Shown one piece after another: positions 34,732 to 46,838 of a stretch of DNA of 64,000 bases. The notes beneath the pieces are model-generated. The model was not told where the DNA came from, did not search any database, and saw nothing but the letters and a program-made list of their open reading frames with translations. Positions within the stretch are counted from its first letter, which is position 1; every line of letters begins with the position of its first letter. The stretch comes from Nemertoderma westbladi (taxonomy: Eukaryota > Animalia > Xenacoelomorpha): positions 59,505-123,504 of the forward strand of contig JAUCBJ010006760.1 in the NCBI GenBank assembly GCA_032718475.1. Direction: 5' to 3'. Both the position numbers and the translations under genes were made by a program.

Positions 34732-36066
34732 ATGATGCACTTTATAGTACCATCGACATCGCAGGTCACTGACCTTTCTTCTCCCAGATCTCATTCCGTG
34801 GCAGTCTACAATATATATCTTAATCAGACTCACCATTGTTCCCTACGCTACAGTCACTTGCTTGAACTGCATCAAGAACTACTAAACGCATTTGGTACTC
34901 CCGCCCAATTCAACTTCCCCTCTAAAAAACTACTTCCCCTCTCGCCGCTTCAGTTAGAAAAACGCCGAGGAGAATTGGAGAAATATTTGCAAATATTGAG
35001 TCAGTCGCCATTCGCCAATTGCGACCTAGTTAAATCGTTTTTATTGCTCGCTCAACGGCGAACTTTTGGTTTTATTCCAGAACCAGCGAAACTCAATATT
35101 TTATTGTTAAACAACCACGAGCTATCTGTGAGTATCAGTAACTGTGACTCGACCGACGTTATTGTTACCAGTGTAACCCGCCATCTCGGTTTACCTTCGA
35201 GGTTATCCAACTATTTCGGGTTGTTTTTGGCTCGCTCTACCAGCCATAGCGATATCGGCGTGATAGAACGCCAACTCTGGGATTATGAATCGCCTTACAT
35301 AACCCTAAGCCAAAGAAGCAGTGCTGAAAACCATTTAAAGGTTGTTCTCCGTAAGAAAGTCTGGAGCGCAGAATACGACGATGCTTTAATCACTGACCCA
35401 GTCGGATTAAATCTCGTTTACATGCAGGCCTGTTGTGAGTTTAACGAAGGGTTTATTAAATGCGGTAGGGAGACTTACAGACTTCTTATCGAATACCAAA
35501 AACGGAACGCCAAAAAGGATTTCCTGAGGATGTGTCGGCCGTTGAAGGGTTATAATCACGTTCATTTTAAACCCTGTGGTGTTAGTTACCCGGATGGTTC
35601 GAGTAGCAAACAGATCGCGATTTCCGCCGGTGATTACTCGCTGTATTTTCGAACGGATTCCTCGGAAACCATCTATAAAGTAACTCGAATGAAGTGTTGG
35701 ACACTCAGTTCGTCTGTCGACGAGTCGGACTGCACTCCGCGCGTAGAGTTAGCGGTGCAGTACTTACAGGCTAAGGACTCCCTGGTGTGGATGACTCTAG
35801 ACAGCGAGCAATCCTTCTTTATTGCGTCCTGTCTGGAAGGGATGGTAGAGGAATTACTAAACCACGTTGGAGGTAAACCAGTCCTTCCTCCTCCTCCTTC
35901 AGAAGCCCCAACTAATCGCCACTTGTTTAAACTCCTCAACGCTCACCAACCGCCGGCACTCGGAGTTAAACCGAATGGCGATAAACTCGCCACTTCCTAT
36001 CGGAAAGATAACGACGTCATAGAGAACGGATTGTTCGAGACAGGGATAGGTGATGAAGATCTCTAG
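34732..36066 (+). CDS. SNX17: Sorting nexin 17 (PX plus FERM-like domain), intronless
   Basis: PX motifs YNIYLN..HCSLRYSHL, FPSKKL, LEKRRGELEKYLQ; FERM-like DYESPYITL, YKVTRMKCW; diagnostic C-terminus GIGDEDL. Confidence 0.92.
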   Translation: MMHFIVPSTSQVTDLSSPRSHSVAVYNIYLNQTHHCSLRYSHLLELHQELLNAFGTPAQFNFPSKKLLPLSPLQLEKRRGELEKYLQILSQSPFANCDLVKSFLLLAQRRTFGFIPEPAKLNILLLNNHELSVSISNCDSTDVIVTSVTRHLGLPSRLSNYFGLFLARSTSHSDIGVIERQLWDYESPYITLSQRSSAENHLKVVLRKKVWSAEYDDALITDPVGLNLVYMQACCEFNEGFIKCGRETYRLLIEYQKRNAKKDFLRMCRPLKGYNHVHFKPCGVSYPDGSSSKQIAISAGDYSLYFRTDSSETIYKVTRMKCWTLSSSVDESDCTPRVELAVQYLQAKDSLVWMTLDSEQSFFIASCLEGMVEELLNHVGGKPVLPPPPSEAPTNRHLFKLLNAHQPPALGVKPNGDKLATSYRKDNDVIENGLFETGIGDEDL

Positions 36067-39000
36067 CTTGTTATCTCCCTGTTTGCAGTGCCGCCTTATT
36101 CATGTTAAACTCTATTTATTATCCAACTTTACTATGTATTTCACTTTACCTTTTTTTACCTACTTGGATGTAGTTTATATTATTTTACCTTCACTTACCA
36201 GATACATATATTTTTTGTTCATAAATTTTTATATTCTGTACAATTACATATATATTAGCTTTATATTGTGGTTAATCACTGACACACAACGCACATTAGT
36301 AAATAGTGTTGAGTGAGTTAATTGATACTCAACTCACACAGTGGTACCGGTACCACCGGTAGTTACTTACTTTGTATCGCGTCGCTTATTATATATTCTG
36401 TTTGCATTCATAAACCGTAAAAGGTCTCTAAAAAGTGATATTCTTAAAAGGTTTTACCCAATTATATGAGAGATATGGCGTTAATTCGTTACTAAATGGC
36501 CTGAAATCTTGTTTTTTTTGCCCCAAACACTAACTCCCAAGTACGAATACTCTAACCGAAACCTTCCAACCCTTTTCTGTACTTCCCACCATCTTATGCC
36601 CGGTTCCCATTACAGCTTTTCTGGGACCCGAATGATGTTGATTAATTGTTTGATTCGACCCTTTTTTACTTACGTGAATTTGGGTATTTGGATATCGGGA
36701 AATTAAGCGAACCCGAACACGTGTCAGTTTATATTTGGGTTGCCATAAATCTCGCCCAATTAATGGCATCCCTGACTAGCGCAGGTTGTAGGTTAAGTTC
36801 TAGAACAGTGCCGTCTCTAATACCTCTAACTGCGCAGCTTCTCGCGTAGCTAATCCTAACTATATATACCCAATATGCTATATTTGTATTTGGAGTGATT
36901 TTTATATATTTTTTATGTATTATTTTATCAGTTGTATAATTTTACACGAACTGATAACTATTTTTTTATGGTTGGGGTTACATGCAGTTTTAATTCTGGT
37001 GCGACTTGATTAGTTGCCCTAACCAAAGTAATAAACCGATAAGACAAGCAAATATAGGCCAAACTTTATTTGGGACCAGTCGGCCACGACTTTAAATGTA
37101 AAATATTCGAGTAATAGTTAAATAGCTAAACTGGATAGACCTAATAATATACACAGTGAAGTGATTGACAGGTATTGAATTTTAATCGCCTTGTAAACAA
37201 ATCGCTGCCTCAATGTTTATTAAAGCCAAATCATTTTCATCATCTATATTAATATTTATTGTGATATTTATATTTTATTTAATCCCATTAGTGACGCACA
37301 ATATTAAAAATAATATTTATCACGTTTTCAGTTAAAATGTTTCTGTTTTCTTTCTTGTTAAAATATTTTTGTTTTCTTTCCTGTTTATGTGATAACTAAA
37401 CTATATTATGCGAAATATCGGTAGTCGTACTCAGGTAATGTATGTAATATTGGTGCGTATGGTTATACCTGTCAGACATTGTTAATATAATATGATTTGA
37501 TTTATATCCAACATTATTTAAGAATAATAATTCGACTTGTAAACCATTTTATTAATTTGTATATTTTTCTCCTGTGAGTACCTTCATACCGTAAATCACT
37601 AAACAGTTATTTAATATTATTGCTAAAATATAGACCTACTAAACTACACAGTATATATATGTGTCATTATTTTGGTACTTACTAAAACATTTCTTTGTGT
37701 TTATGTTATATAATATAATTTAACTTATTTAATTGCATCATGTTTTGATATTCGTAAGTGTAAAGGAGTTAAAAGTTTATCCCATATCCAATAAGTTTTT
37801 ATCTTTATAACATTTAGTTAGGCTATATATATTATTTATATATATTTTTCTTCTGAATTAATCTTGAATCTTCTTATGATATTTCCCCCAGACTCAAAAG
37901 TATTTCTAAGTAGGAGGCAATGACCTCGCCAAGTGTCTACTTGTTTCATATTTTATTTAAATTATATTTGCTACATATTTAACCGTTTTAAAACTATTAT
38001 TTATAAAAAAAAAATTAATCTTATATTGATACTTTTTAGCTCGAATATACCCCATAATAGGGAGAATTGGAAGTACTTTATTTTCCAAGGGAAAAAAGTA
38101 ACGCATATGATTGCATTAATTTTACATTTATTATAGGAAGGGATCTAGGGGAATACAGCTTGCCAACACATTGTTACTTGCATTAATTTTGCTTTTTTTC
38201 CCGGCGAAAAGAGTTAAATAAGAAACAAATAGGAAATAATTTTTGGTTGAATTTCTTAATTTTATTAGTGATTCTGATTACATGTCCAGTTACGTATTAA
38301 AAATAGACCAGAACAAAAAATAACTTAACATTGAGTTCATTGAGAGCATTGATTAACAGAGATTAACTGATGAGCTGAGATTAACATTGAGAGCATCATG
38401 AGTTTAATGTTGAACCGGTATAATATTATATTATTTCAAGTTACGAATATATTGTACGTTTATTAATATGGTGCGAGCCTCGAAGTGAATGAGCCTTAGC
38501 TAGCATACAGTTTTAGCCTACGTAACATCGGCACGGTTTGTCCGTCACCTCCAATGTCTGATCGCCAATATCTAAGCAACGGCTAACTCAAAATTGTTGG
38601 AATTTGGTGCGTCAGTAGAGTTTAGAAAGACAAGTATAGAAAGTTTTAAAAATTACAGAGTATTTACCGCACAGACGTGACGTAATGGCGATTAAATTTA
38701 CGGAGACGATGTCTATTTGTACCGTAATACTGTAATAACTGTAAGCTAGGGTTCACTGACCCACTATATCGCGGCCAATAGGGGCTTTATATCGTTGACT
38801 CGCCTGAAGGCCCATAGCAAAGCGGCTATGGGCCTCAGTAGTCTACCCCTCAGCAACATATGGATGCACCGTTTTTACCTCACTGGAAAACATACCGCAA
38901 CTAGAACATGTACATCGCGTAAGAGCCTTCTATTACAAACTATGGTGCGGCATTAGTAAGTACTCATCCTCAACTGCCGTACTAAACGCAATCGATAACT

Positions 39001-39515
39001 GCGATGGTGCAGAAATAAATCTCGTGTCCCTAACTGGGTTCCGCCGCAGAGCCGCAGCCCAGCTAATCGCCAATGGCTGCCATCATCGATTGTGTAAGAA
39101 GCCCAGCTGCTGGAGGCCCATGGATAACTGTGTTTGTTGGTTATGTAACAGTAACGCTACCTCGGCCGCACATTATTCACAATGCCTTGGAATTCCGACC
39201 AACTTATCAGTATTAAGGTGCGCCCTGTACCTCATGAGTATAGAACCCCCGACCGACACCTGAGCGATTAACCTATAACCTCGCCTCCTCGAACTCGTTT
39301 AACTGCATTTTTAATTATTAGTAGATATACATTTTATAATTAATTAATTATTTTAGCTATTTTATAAATTATTAATTCCATATGTTGGATTAAAGAATAT
39401 AATTATTAATATCGTTGACTCCTCCTGTCGGTGACATATTTTTCACTTTTTTACATAATAAACGCACTCCGTAATTAAAGCCAATCCGATAAAAAAATAA
39501 ATCTACTTTATTAAA

Positions 39516-40619
39516 CTAATAATGAATATATACTAATAGATTGCAGTTCGTTTGTGAGATAAAAAATCCTTTCCCAATCCAAACGATTCCACCATAACCA
39601 TCTACATCTATCCGCCCCAAAGGTTTAACATTCAATCTTCCGTAATCTATAGGGTAGATACCTATATAATCTTTATCGTTTTCTACTGAAGGGAGAAACA
39701 AATAACGATTTAGTAATTCAAACGAGCCAATGGGCATTGCTCTTCCGCAATCGAGGGTGATTGTGTAACTATCTAGCTTCCCTGATTGGTTGTCGATGTC
39801 ATCTTGGTTATCGTTCACGCGAAAACCATGCACAGTAAACAGTCTCTTTTTAGAAGTAAGCCAACGTTTTTTTGTTTTGTAGAATCCAAATCCAGAACCC
39901 AAACACCCGACTATACTTCCTGCGTGATCTAAAGTTCGTTCGTTTATAATTACAAAATTAATTGTGTCGATAATAAAGACATTATTGTTACTGGTAGCAA
40001 CGCACCCTATGTCGTCACACACGCTGATCCCAACTATAGAACCCAATGGATTACCCGAAATAGTTTCCTTATAAATACATAAATGTTTCACAACAAATCC
40101 TTCGATATTTTTTCGATTAATTCCATAAATACAGCATTCAGTCGCCGCTATCCAATAATCATTACAACCAATAAGGAATTTAATATGTTTCCCAGGAGAC
40201 TCGCATGTGATTGGCTGAATCAATTCTACTTGCCCCCCATCTTTGCACAGCGAATCAGTTTGTTTATCCAACTTATAGAATATAATTCGGTTACTTTCAG
40301 AGTCAACAATAGCGAGTCTATTCGAATCTTCTTCATCTCCACCAATAGGCCCAACTCTAACGATTCCTAAATCTTGGCATTTTATACGACAACTTTCAAT
40401 GAGTCGAGGATTCTCTATTATCACTTCTTCATATAAATGTAAGTAAATTTTCTCACTTTCTATTACTTTCAGTTTTCCCATATCTTCATATTTATCTTCA
40501 ATTTCCTCGCTCTCAACTCCTAAAACGTCACTAATTTCACTCAATCTAGGAATTGTAGGGATTTTTATTTTTTCAGGAACATTAGTATCTTCTTCAATAA
40601 ACACGTCCATTTTTTGCAT
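39516..40619 (-). CDS. Hypothetical 367-aa protein, acidic N-terminus, beta-strand-rich (possible beta-propeller)
   Basis: 1.1-kb ATG-initiated ORF in AT-rich DNA; repeated short hydrophobic strands (LAIVDSESNRIIFY, CVATSNNNVFIID); no family recognised. Confidence 0.6.
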   Translation of the reverse strand: MQKMDVFIEEDTNVPEKIKIPTIPRLSEISDVLGVESEEIEDKYEDMGKLKVIESEKIYLHLYEEVIIENPRLIESCRIKCQDLGIVRVGPIGGDEEDSNRLAIVDSESNRIIFYKLDKQTDSLCKDGGQVELIQPITCESPGKHIKFLIGCNDYWIAATECCIYGINRKNIEGFVVKHLCIYKETISGNPLGSIVGISVCDDIGCVATSNNNVFIIDTINFVIINERTLDHAGSIVGCLGSGFGFYKTKKRWLTSKKRLFTVHGFRVNDNQDDIDNQSGKLDSYTITLDCGRAMPIGSFELLNRYLFLPSVENDKDYIGIYPIDYGRLNVKPLGRIDVDGYGGIVWIGKGFFISQTNCNLLVYIHY

Positions 40620-41016
40620 CCCTAGACATTGTATAATAGGCGCCTATCGTTGTTATTCGTTATCTTACCATACAGATTTAAATGAAAGTACTGTAGACCT
40701 TATTAATCTTCGTCGCATAAAGAAGGTTCGCTGTTTTCCATTAAATAAAAAGCTTTACTGTACGGGTACTTGTTTAACCATATAACAATTTTACAGCTTG
40801 TTCTGCGTGGTTTGAACGTGAACGAACCAATTGAGTGAGTGCAAATAATTATACGATGATCAGTTACGAGATAAAGTCATTTGCTACAAGAAGAGCTACT
40901 GTATTTCTTATTTAATCCGAATATTAATATTAAAATATCCATAAAGCACATTACACTATATTTACAAATTAAAACTATACTAAAAAAGACAATAAAAAGA
41001 GAGGGTACAAGTTAAT

Positions 41017-42712
41017 TTAAATTCGGCATCTCAGGTAATTATCGTATACCTGAGACACGTTAAAACATATACAGCTAATATTAATTAAAATATAATTTTG
41101 CGAGTTGGCTACACGATTAAATAAACTAAATAGTGAAAAGCGTCGGATATGTACAATTGATTTAAGGCCAAGGGAGACCAGCATACCACTAGCACTGTCA
41201 TCGCGTTTAAAACCAAATAAACGTCGCACTGTGTTGTTATACGCTACATTTAATCGATTAAGAGTTGACACACAAAAATAGCTGTCAGCCCAAAGAGCAT
41301 TACCATAAACATTAGAGCAATAAGAAATAAACAATTGTAGCTTCACATGGGGAGAGCAGTTACTGAAGGTCCTAATAAGCAAATTAGCACGTGCGTAAAA
41401 AGATCTAGTTTGGTTCCTAATATCAGTATCATCCGAGAAATCAGATGTGATATAGTGACCGAGATATTTATATTTAGGAACACATTCAAGCACAACACTG
41501 TCCAATACGATCATTGTATTAGAAATTGTTAAACGGTGAGAACTGTGTAAAAATATACATTTAGATTTCTTAGCATTAAATGTAATGGAGTTGCAATACG
41601 CATAATCAGAACAAATGTCAACAAGTGATTGTAAGGCACTAGGCGACGTAGATACAAGACATACGTATATCATCCGCATAAAAATAATGATTGACAGCTA
41701 CATTATCCAAGTCGTGCGCCCAGCCCACAGCTAGATAATTGTACACTTAAGGGGGGGGGGGGGTACACCATTTTGGTCCAAAATATGTCGAAATTTTTTT
41801 ATGGTCTATTATAATGAACCATTGAATGGTGTTTCCAAATCTGAAAACCGCTATTTAATAGCTCTTTTAGTTTTCAAGTTATCTAAATTTCCATTTAGGG
41901 AATCCTATTGAAATTACTATTATTATGTATAATGAAAGGTCGATTATCTCCAAATATTTTTTTTATGAAATTGTCAACTTCAAAACCCTACTACTTCTAC
42001 AATTTTTGAGTAATTAGTCTGAAACTTACTGTGGGTGTCTAGATAGCCACCCTGCATAAAAGAATCAGACAACTTTTCGAAATTTTTTGTTAATAAAATT
42101 TAGTACTATTTATAAAAAACCTAAAAATTTGCATAAATTTGCAGCGCCACCTAGCGGTGCAGAATTATTTTAACAAAATTTCGCCTGATAGTTATGTTGC
42201 CCCATCTTTGATCTATCATATAAAAAAACTTTCATGTGATTAGGTTAAAAACTGTAAAAGCCTTAGGGGTTTAAACGCAACCAAGTTTTTTTTGTTGTTA
42301 ACTAGTATTAACTAATATGAAATAGCGAAAAAAAAAAAATTTCTGACCTGTCATGTAGAATAGCATATTAGGCACCTATATGCCAAATTTTAGCCAAAAC
42401 CAAACAATTTTGAAACGCTGAGAGTGATAAATCGAAGAGTTGTCCGAAAATGGTGTACCCCCCCTTAATTTATCATTATACAGTATAGATTGAAGAAGTA
42501 AGGTGCCAATATGCTTCCCTGTCTAGTTCCGTTGGAGCAGCCAAAGGGATTAGACATATAACCACCCCATAATATAACCATTGACTGATTAGTATACCAA
42601 AAATGGATCACACGTAAAATATAGTTTGGTACCCCTCTAAGTAAAAGTTTACTAAATAGTTTGGTATGATTGATCTTATCGAAAGCCTTTGAAGCGTCCA
42701 AGAAACAAATAT
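41017..42712 (-). pseudogene. Degenerate non-LTR retrotransposon RT, interrupted by a TTAA-inserting MITE
   Basis: FLDASKAFDKINH...GTRQGSILAPYFFNLY on the right; DKLSVQLSS...FYADD...FNAKKSKC...YKYLGH on the left of the insertion. Confidence 0.85.
41751..42464. mobile_element. Kolobok-like MITE (714 bp)
   Basis: TTAA TSD (41747-41750 and 42465-42468); TIR GGGGGGGTACACCATTTT; purine-starting ends with TTAA fit Kolobok rather than piggyBac; cleanly splits an RT. Confidence 0.85.
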
Positions 42713-42971
42713 ATACGTAATATATATATGTAATATATATTGCGTATATATATATGTATTATGTATATATTATGTAATATATATTACTTATATATATATA
42801 CGTAATATATATATGTAGTGTACCATTATAGTATTATACTACCTATCTACAAGTATAGGCCTAGTATAGATATTATACTGTATATTGTACAGTACAGTAG
42901 TATACAGTATACATTTGATATTAAAAAAGTTTAATATTTTCCGAATTATTATACATTGTTATGGTTTAATA

Positions 42972-44135
42972 TGCCCATGTGAAGAATACCAGGATTTCAC
43001 TTTTTATTGGAATTTTATAACGAACCTGCCTATTAATAGGCCAGGGTAGTTTTTGTCAAGAGTTGAGCCGTTCAAAAACACGATGTGGTTATGTGTGTAA
43101 ACCATCCAATATCTCAAAAACTCAATCAGGTACGCAAAAATTTTAATAACAAACTCTACATAGATTTTTGTTGCGCACAAGACTGTATATTTTTTGTGGC
43201 GTTTCGATCACGGGGTCACTGAAAAATAGCGGTTTTGAAAATTTAATGTCGAATTTCACCGATTTCAACTCGTCGAGTAGGCATCAACTTTTTTATTTGG
43301 GCTATTCAGTCGTTTGACCAACATATTTGAGCCTCAGAATCTTTTCAAATATCGCCAATCTCGCACAGAACGTCGCCAAAATTTGTTAGTCCGGCAAAAA
43401 AAACGCACTAATTCGTCTAAAAAGGTAAATTATTAGTTGCAGAATAATATTATTCAACTAGAAAAGCCAGTAAGCTGGCTATAAGGAGACCGTCCATAGA
43501 CAAACGTAGTGTTAGTTGGGTCCCTCATCATTCATTATCATCAACATAAAACATTTGAACGGCCCAGTGCTTACAATGATATTCCTAAAGGATTCACTGG
43601 GAAGAGCTATTCAGCTGGGGGGTAATACATTATACAAACTTACAGTTGATGTTTGATTACTGCCTGGGTTAGAGTGAGATAGTAATAAATTTGGCAAGTA
43701 ATTTACTTCTCTGCAGTTTGGGCTATCCATTCAATAAATACATGTAGTAGTACTGTAGCTTACTAGGCCCTCATGAGTACCAGCAGCTGGTGTTTCTATC
43801 GTTGAATTGATGGCAATTTTCGTGTTTTCATTTTCACTCACTCAGGGTACTGCGGTACTGGTTTGAGGGGCAGGTTCGTTTAAAGCCAGCTTGCTGGCTT
43901 TATAGTATATATGAAGATTTTTAATTTTTTTAAATTTATCTATATTAAGTGCGGTGTTTTATAGCGTTTATTTATGTCTTATAACCTGTACGTACATATA
44001 CTAATTCGTTTATTGTTTTGGTTAGATTCAGCCCTTCTGTGACCTGTGTTTTTGGTGAAAACCTGGTATTCTTCACATGGGGGTAACTGCAAAGTGAAAT
44101 ATAACGGCAGAAATTCTTGCAATCTTCACATGGGT
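42972..44135. mobile_element. Non-autonomous DNA transposon with TIR gcccatgtgaagaataccag, MULE-like
   Basis: Inverted termini; 9-bp direct repeat GGTTTAATA at 42963-42971 and 44136-44144; related short copy at 61888-62163. Confidence 0.7.
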
Positions 44136-44689
44136 GGTTTAATAGATTATAAAATTAATATGAAATTTCAGAAATAAAGACTAAAATGGTTGGTTTTATG
44201 GTTGTCAGAACCATAATTTTAATTACTGTAGATACTTTATTACAGTAGTACTGTATTCTAATGGAGTCTATTGACATCAGTAGGCCTATATAATATCAGG
44301 TAATATATAATCTGATATCTGTTTATTATTAATATTTGTTCAATAATGTAGGTAAACCCAACTTTGGTATGTACGTAGTGAGTAAGTCCATAAGAGACAA
44401 GAGTCTGTAAGAGACAAATGATAAAGATATAAAACTTAGGTAAATAATGATTGTTCAACTGCTGTGTCTGGTTAGGATACAATAACGTCGCCCTGAAATC
44501 AAAGTGTAATAAACCATGTTTTATTTTTATAATTTATTCTTGTTGTTTTGGGTAAATGAGTGGTATCATATGCTGCAACTTGGTCCAGTGGTGACATTCC
44601 TAGGCTTCCCAGTTCCAATTAGGAAACCCTGACTTGATTCATCCTTTACTAGTCTATAAATGGGAACTAAGGACAATTGGGAAACAGAG

Positions 44690-44960
44690 CAAAAGTAAAG
44701 TAAATTTTCTTCGGCCACTAGGCCAGGGATTACGCACAAAGTCTGACGACTTATTTCCAGTGCGATCCCCCCAGAACTTTACTCCCCAGAGGAAACTCCA
44801 GTACTCATTTAGCTACCACTTAAGGATGCAAGGCAGAGATGCGCCCTGGCTGGTCCCTTTAAAGCAATCGTGACGAAACGAAAACTGCCCTGGCCCATGT
44901 GAGGATCGAACCCACGACCTACGGGAGATGTAAATTCAATGCAACCACTACACCAAGGTG
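44690..44960 (-). mobile_element. tRNA-derived SINE
   Basis: Minus-strand A box TGGTGTAGTGG (44945-44955), B box GGTTCGATCC (44903-44912), LINE-like 3' stem-loop (44725-44770), tttac tail. Confidence 0.8.
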
Positions 44961-45593
44961 GAACATAGAGGGGTAATTTCACATTGGGACGAAATCTTAT
45001 TTCGCAGAGTTGGGATGGTGAAATGGCAGTGGCCGAAGAAAATTTACTTCCAGTTTAGACTAGATATCAGTGTTAACTAAGTACAGTAGTATCAATTTTC
45101 AGTTGCAATAAAACAATTCAAGTATCCACTTCTTAGTTGAAACTACTCTTAGTTGACATTATCAGGATTGATTTCGTTTTTTAATTTTTGTCACTTAGAG
45201 TGTCTTTGTTAGAATCGTATTGATATGATCAAAATCAGGAATTACATTTACACTAAAGCAAAAATCTGCGAAATTAAGAAGAGACCCATTGAGATCGTAT
45301 AATATTTGAATTTTAAGCGAATCATATTCACATATGGATATACTGTATTATGAATCGCATTACGCAAGGTTTACTATCGTAATAAATGGAAAATGATTTA
45401 ATTAATATCGGACGAGAATTTCCACTCACAGTCACTGTTCTTCGATAAATAAATAAACATGAATTAAGCACCATTGTAAAGTACTGTACCACTATTGTCT
45501 CTCCTCATAAAATATGCCATTTACTTAATTTATTAAAGTGCCGACATCGCATGGGGTTTTTAAGTTTTGTATTCCCAAACCCCGTACGACCTC

Positions 45594-46827
45594 TGTAAAA
45601 GCTTCTGTGGGATATAACTGGCCCCTTTTGCTTCGCAATCCAGTTTCCCCCCAGGCGCTGGAATACTCTAAAAAGGTTTTCTAACTGTAGATATATTCCC
45701 CTCGCCCGCAAGGTACCTTTACAGGTGTTTTAACGGACATAAAAATCATTCTGCTATATACGTGTTTTGGCGGACATGGTAAGGCAAAAAACTTGTAATG
45801 CACCAACTACCTTTCACAGCTTAGCCGTGATGATTCATATTACGACATCTAACAGCTGGTTGCTGACATGGAAACAGCCATTGGATGTATGGTTCTTTGT
45901 TTGGCTTGAGCCAATCAGAGCGATTTTTCCTGTCGACGTGTAGCTTTTAGTCGATCATAAGGAGAGTGTTCAGTCTTACTGCTTTTACTTGATACTTTGT
46001 TGTTATTGCTGTCTAAGCCAGAAACACCGGCTTTTTGGGAAGAACTCTAGTAAAACTGCTTAGATTATAGAAAGTATAACTGTTACCGGCGGTGTTACCT
46101 CACTTAATTTAACTGCACTAATCATATTGTTTGTACTGCTATTTACCGTCAGTTATTAATTGTATCTATTTGTTGATGGAAATATTGCTCTTTGGAGAAT
46201 ACGGATAAATCACCCAAAATTCCCAATTTTCTTGATACACTACAGGTTAGAGAGGCGGGCTATATATAACAATTGCGATTTATATCAATGTGGTGTGTAT
46301 TGAATCTAATGTTATTTAGTAGACACTACCTGAGTCAATTGCTGTTCTCTTTATGTGTGATCAAATATACTGACGGTCGGCAGAATAGTGTGCATGATTG
46401 TGAGTGTGATGTGACTGGTAACAAAGCATTTCCTAAAGAATGCGACTTATACTTTAATCATAAGCCTTATCGTTGCGTTTAGTATAAGTCCTAGCTCTGT
46501 TTAAATAGATAGAGCGCCACGTCCTAAAGGAACTGTTAATATTTCCCGAAAGTTAATAATATCTGTCAGAAATTACATATTAGCGATCAATCGAATAATA
46601 CAGTAGGCTTACACTGCAACCTTACACTGCAATAATAAAATCTAAGCATCCGAATTCAGCCTCCCGGGTGTAGATCCATCGGGTGAATGATCGCGCATGG
46701 GCTGGCTTCGGCTAATGTTTTGTTTATTAGCATAAAATATTGTCGTATGCTAAAGGTGTGTTAATTAACTAAAAGACATATAAATTTTGGCAGGTTAAAC
46801 TGCTAAAGGTCTTCAAAAGCGCGAACA
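45594..46827 (+). repeat. 5' LTR of element 2
   Basis: Direct repeat of 56224-57456; only a 1-nt indel noticed. Confidence 0.97.
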
Positions 46828-46838
46828 GTAACAGTTAT
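46828..46838 (+). promoter_or_regulatory. Non-tRNA primer-binding site GTAACAGTTAT, complementary to own LTR
   Basis: Abuts the 5' LTR; exact complement of ATAACTGTTAC at 46076-46086. Confidence 0.8.

Noticed and set aside
38900-39263. Possible retrotransposon endonuclease relic
   Set aside because: Too degenerate to assign by eye.
44890-44960. tRNA gene
   Set aside because: A and B boxes are present but there is no convincing cloverleaf; it continues into a SINE body and tail.
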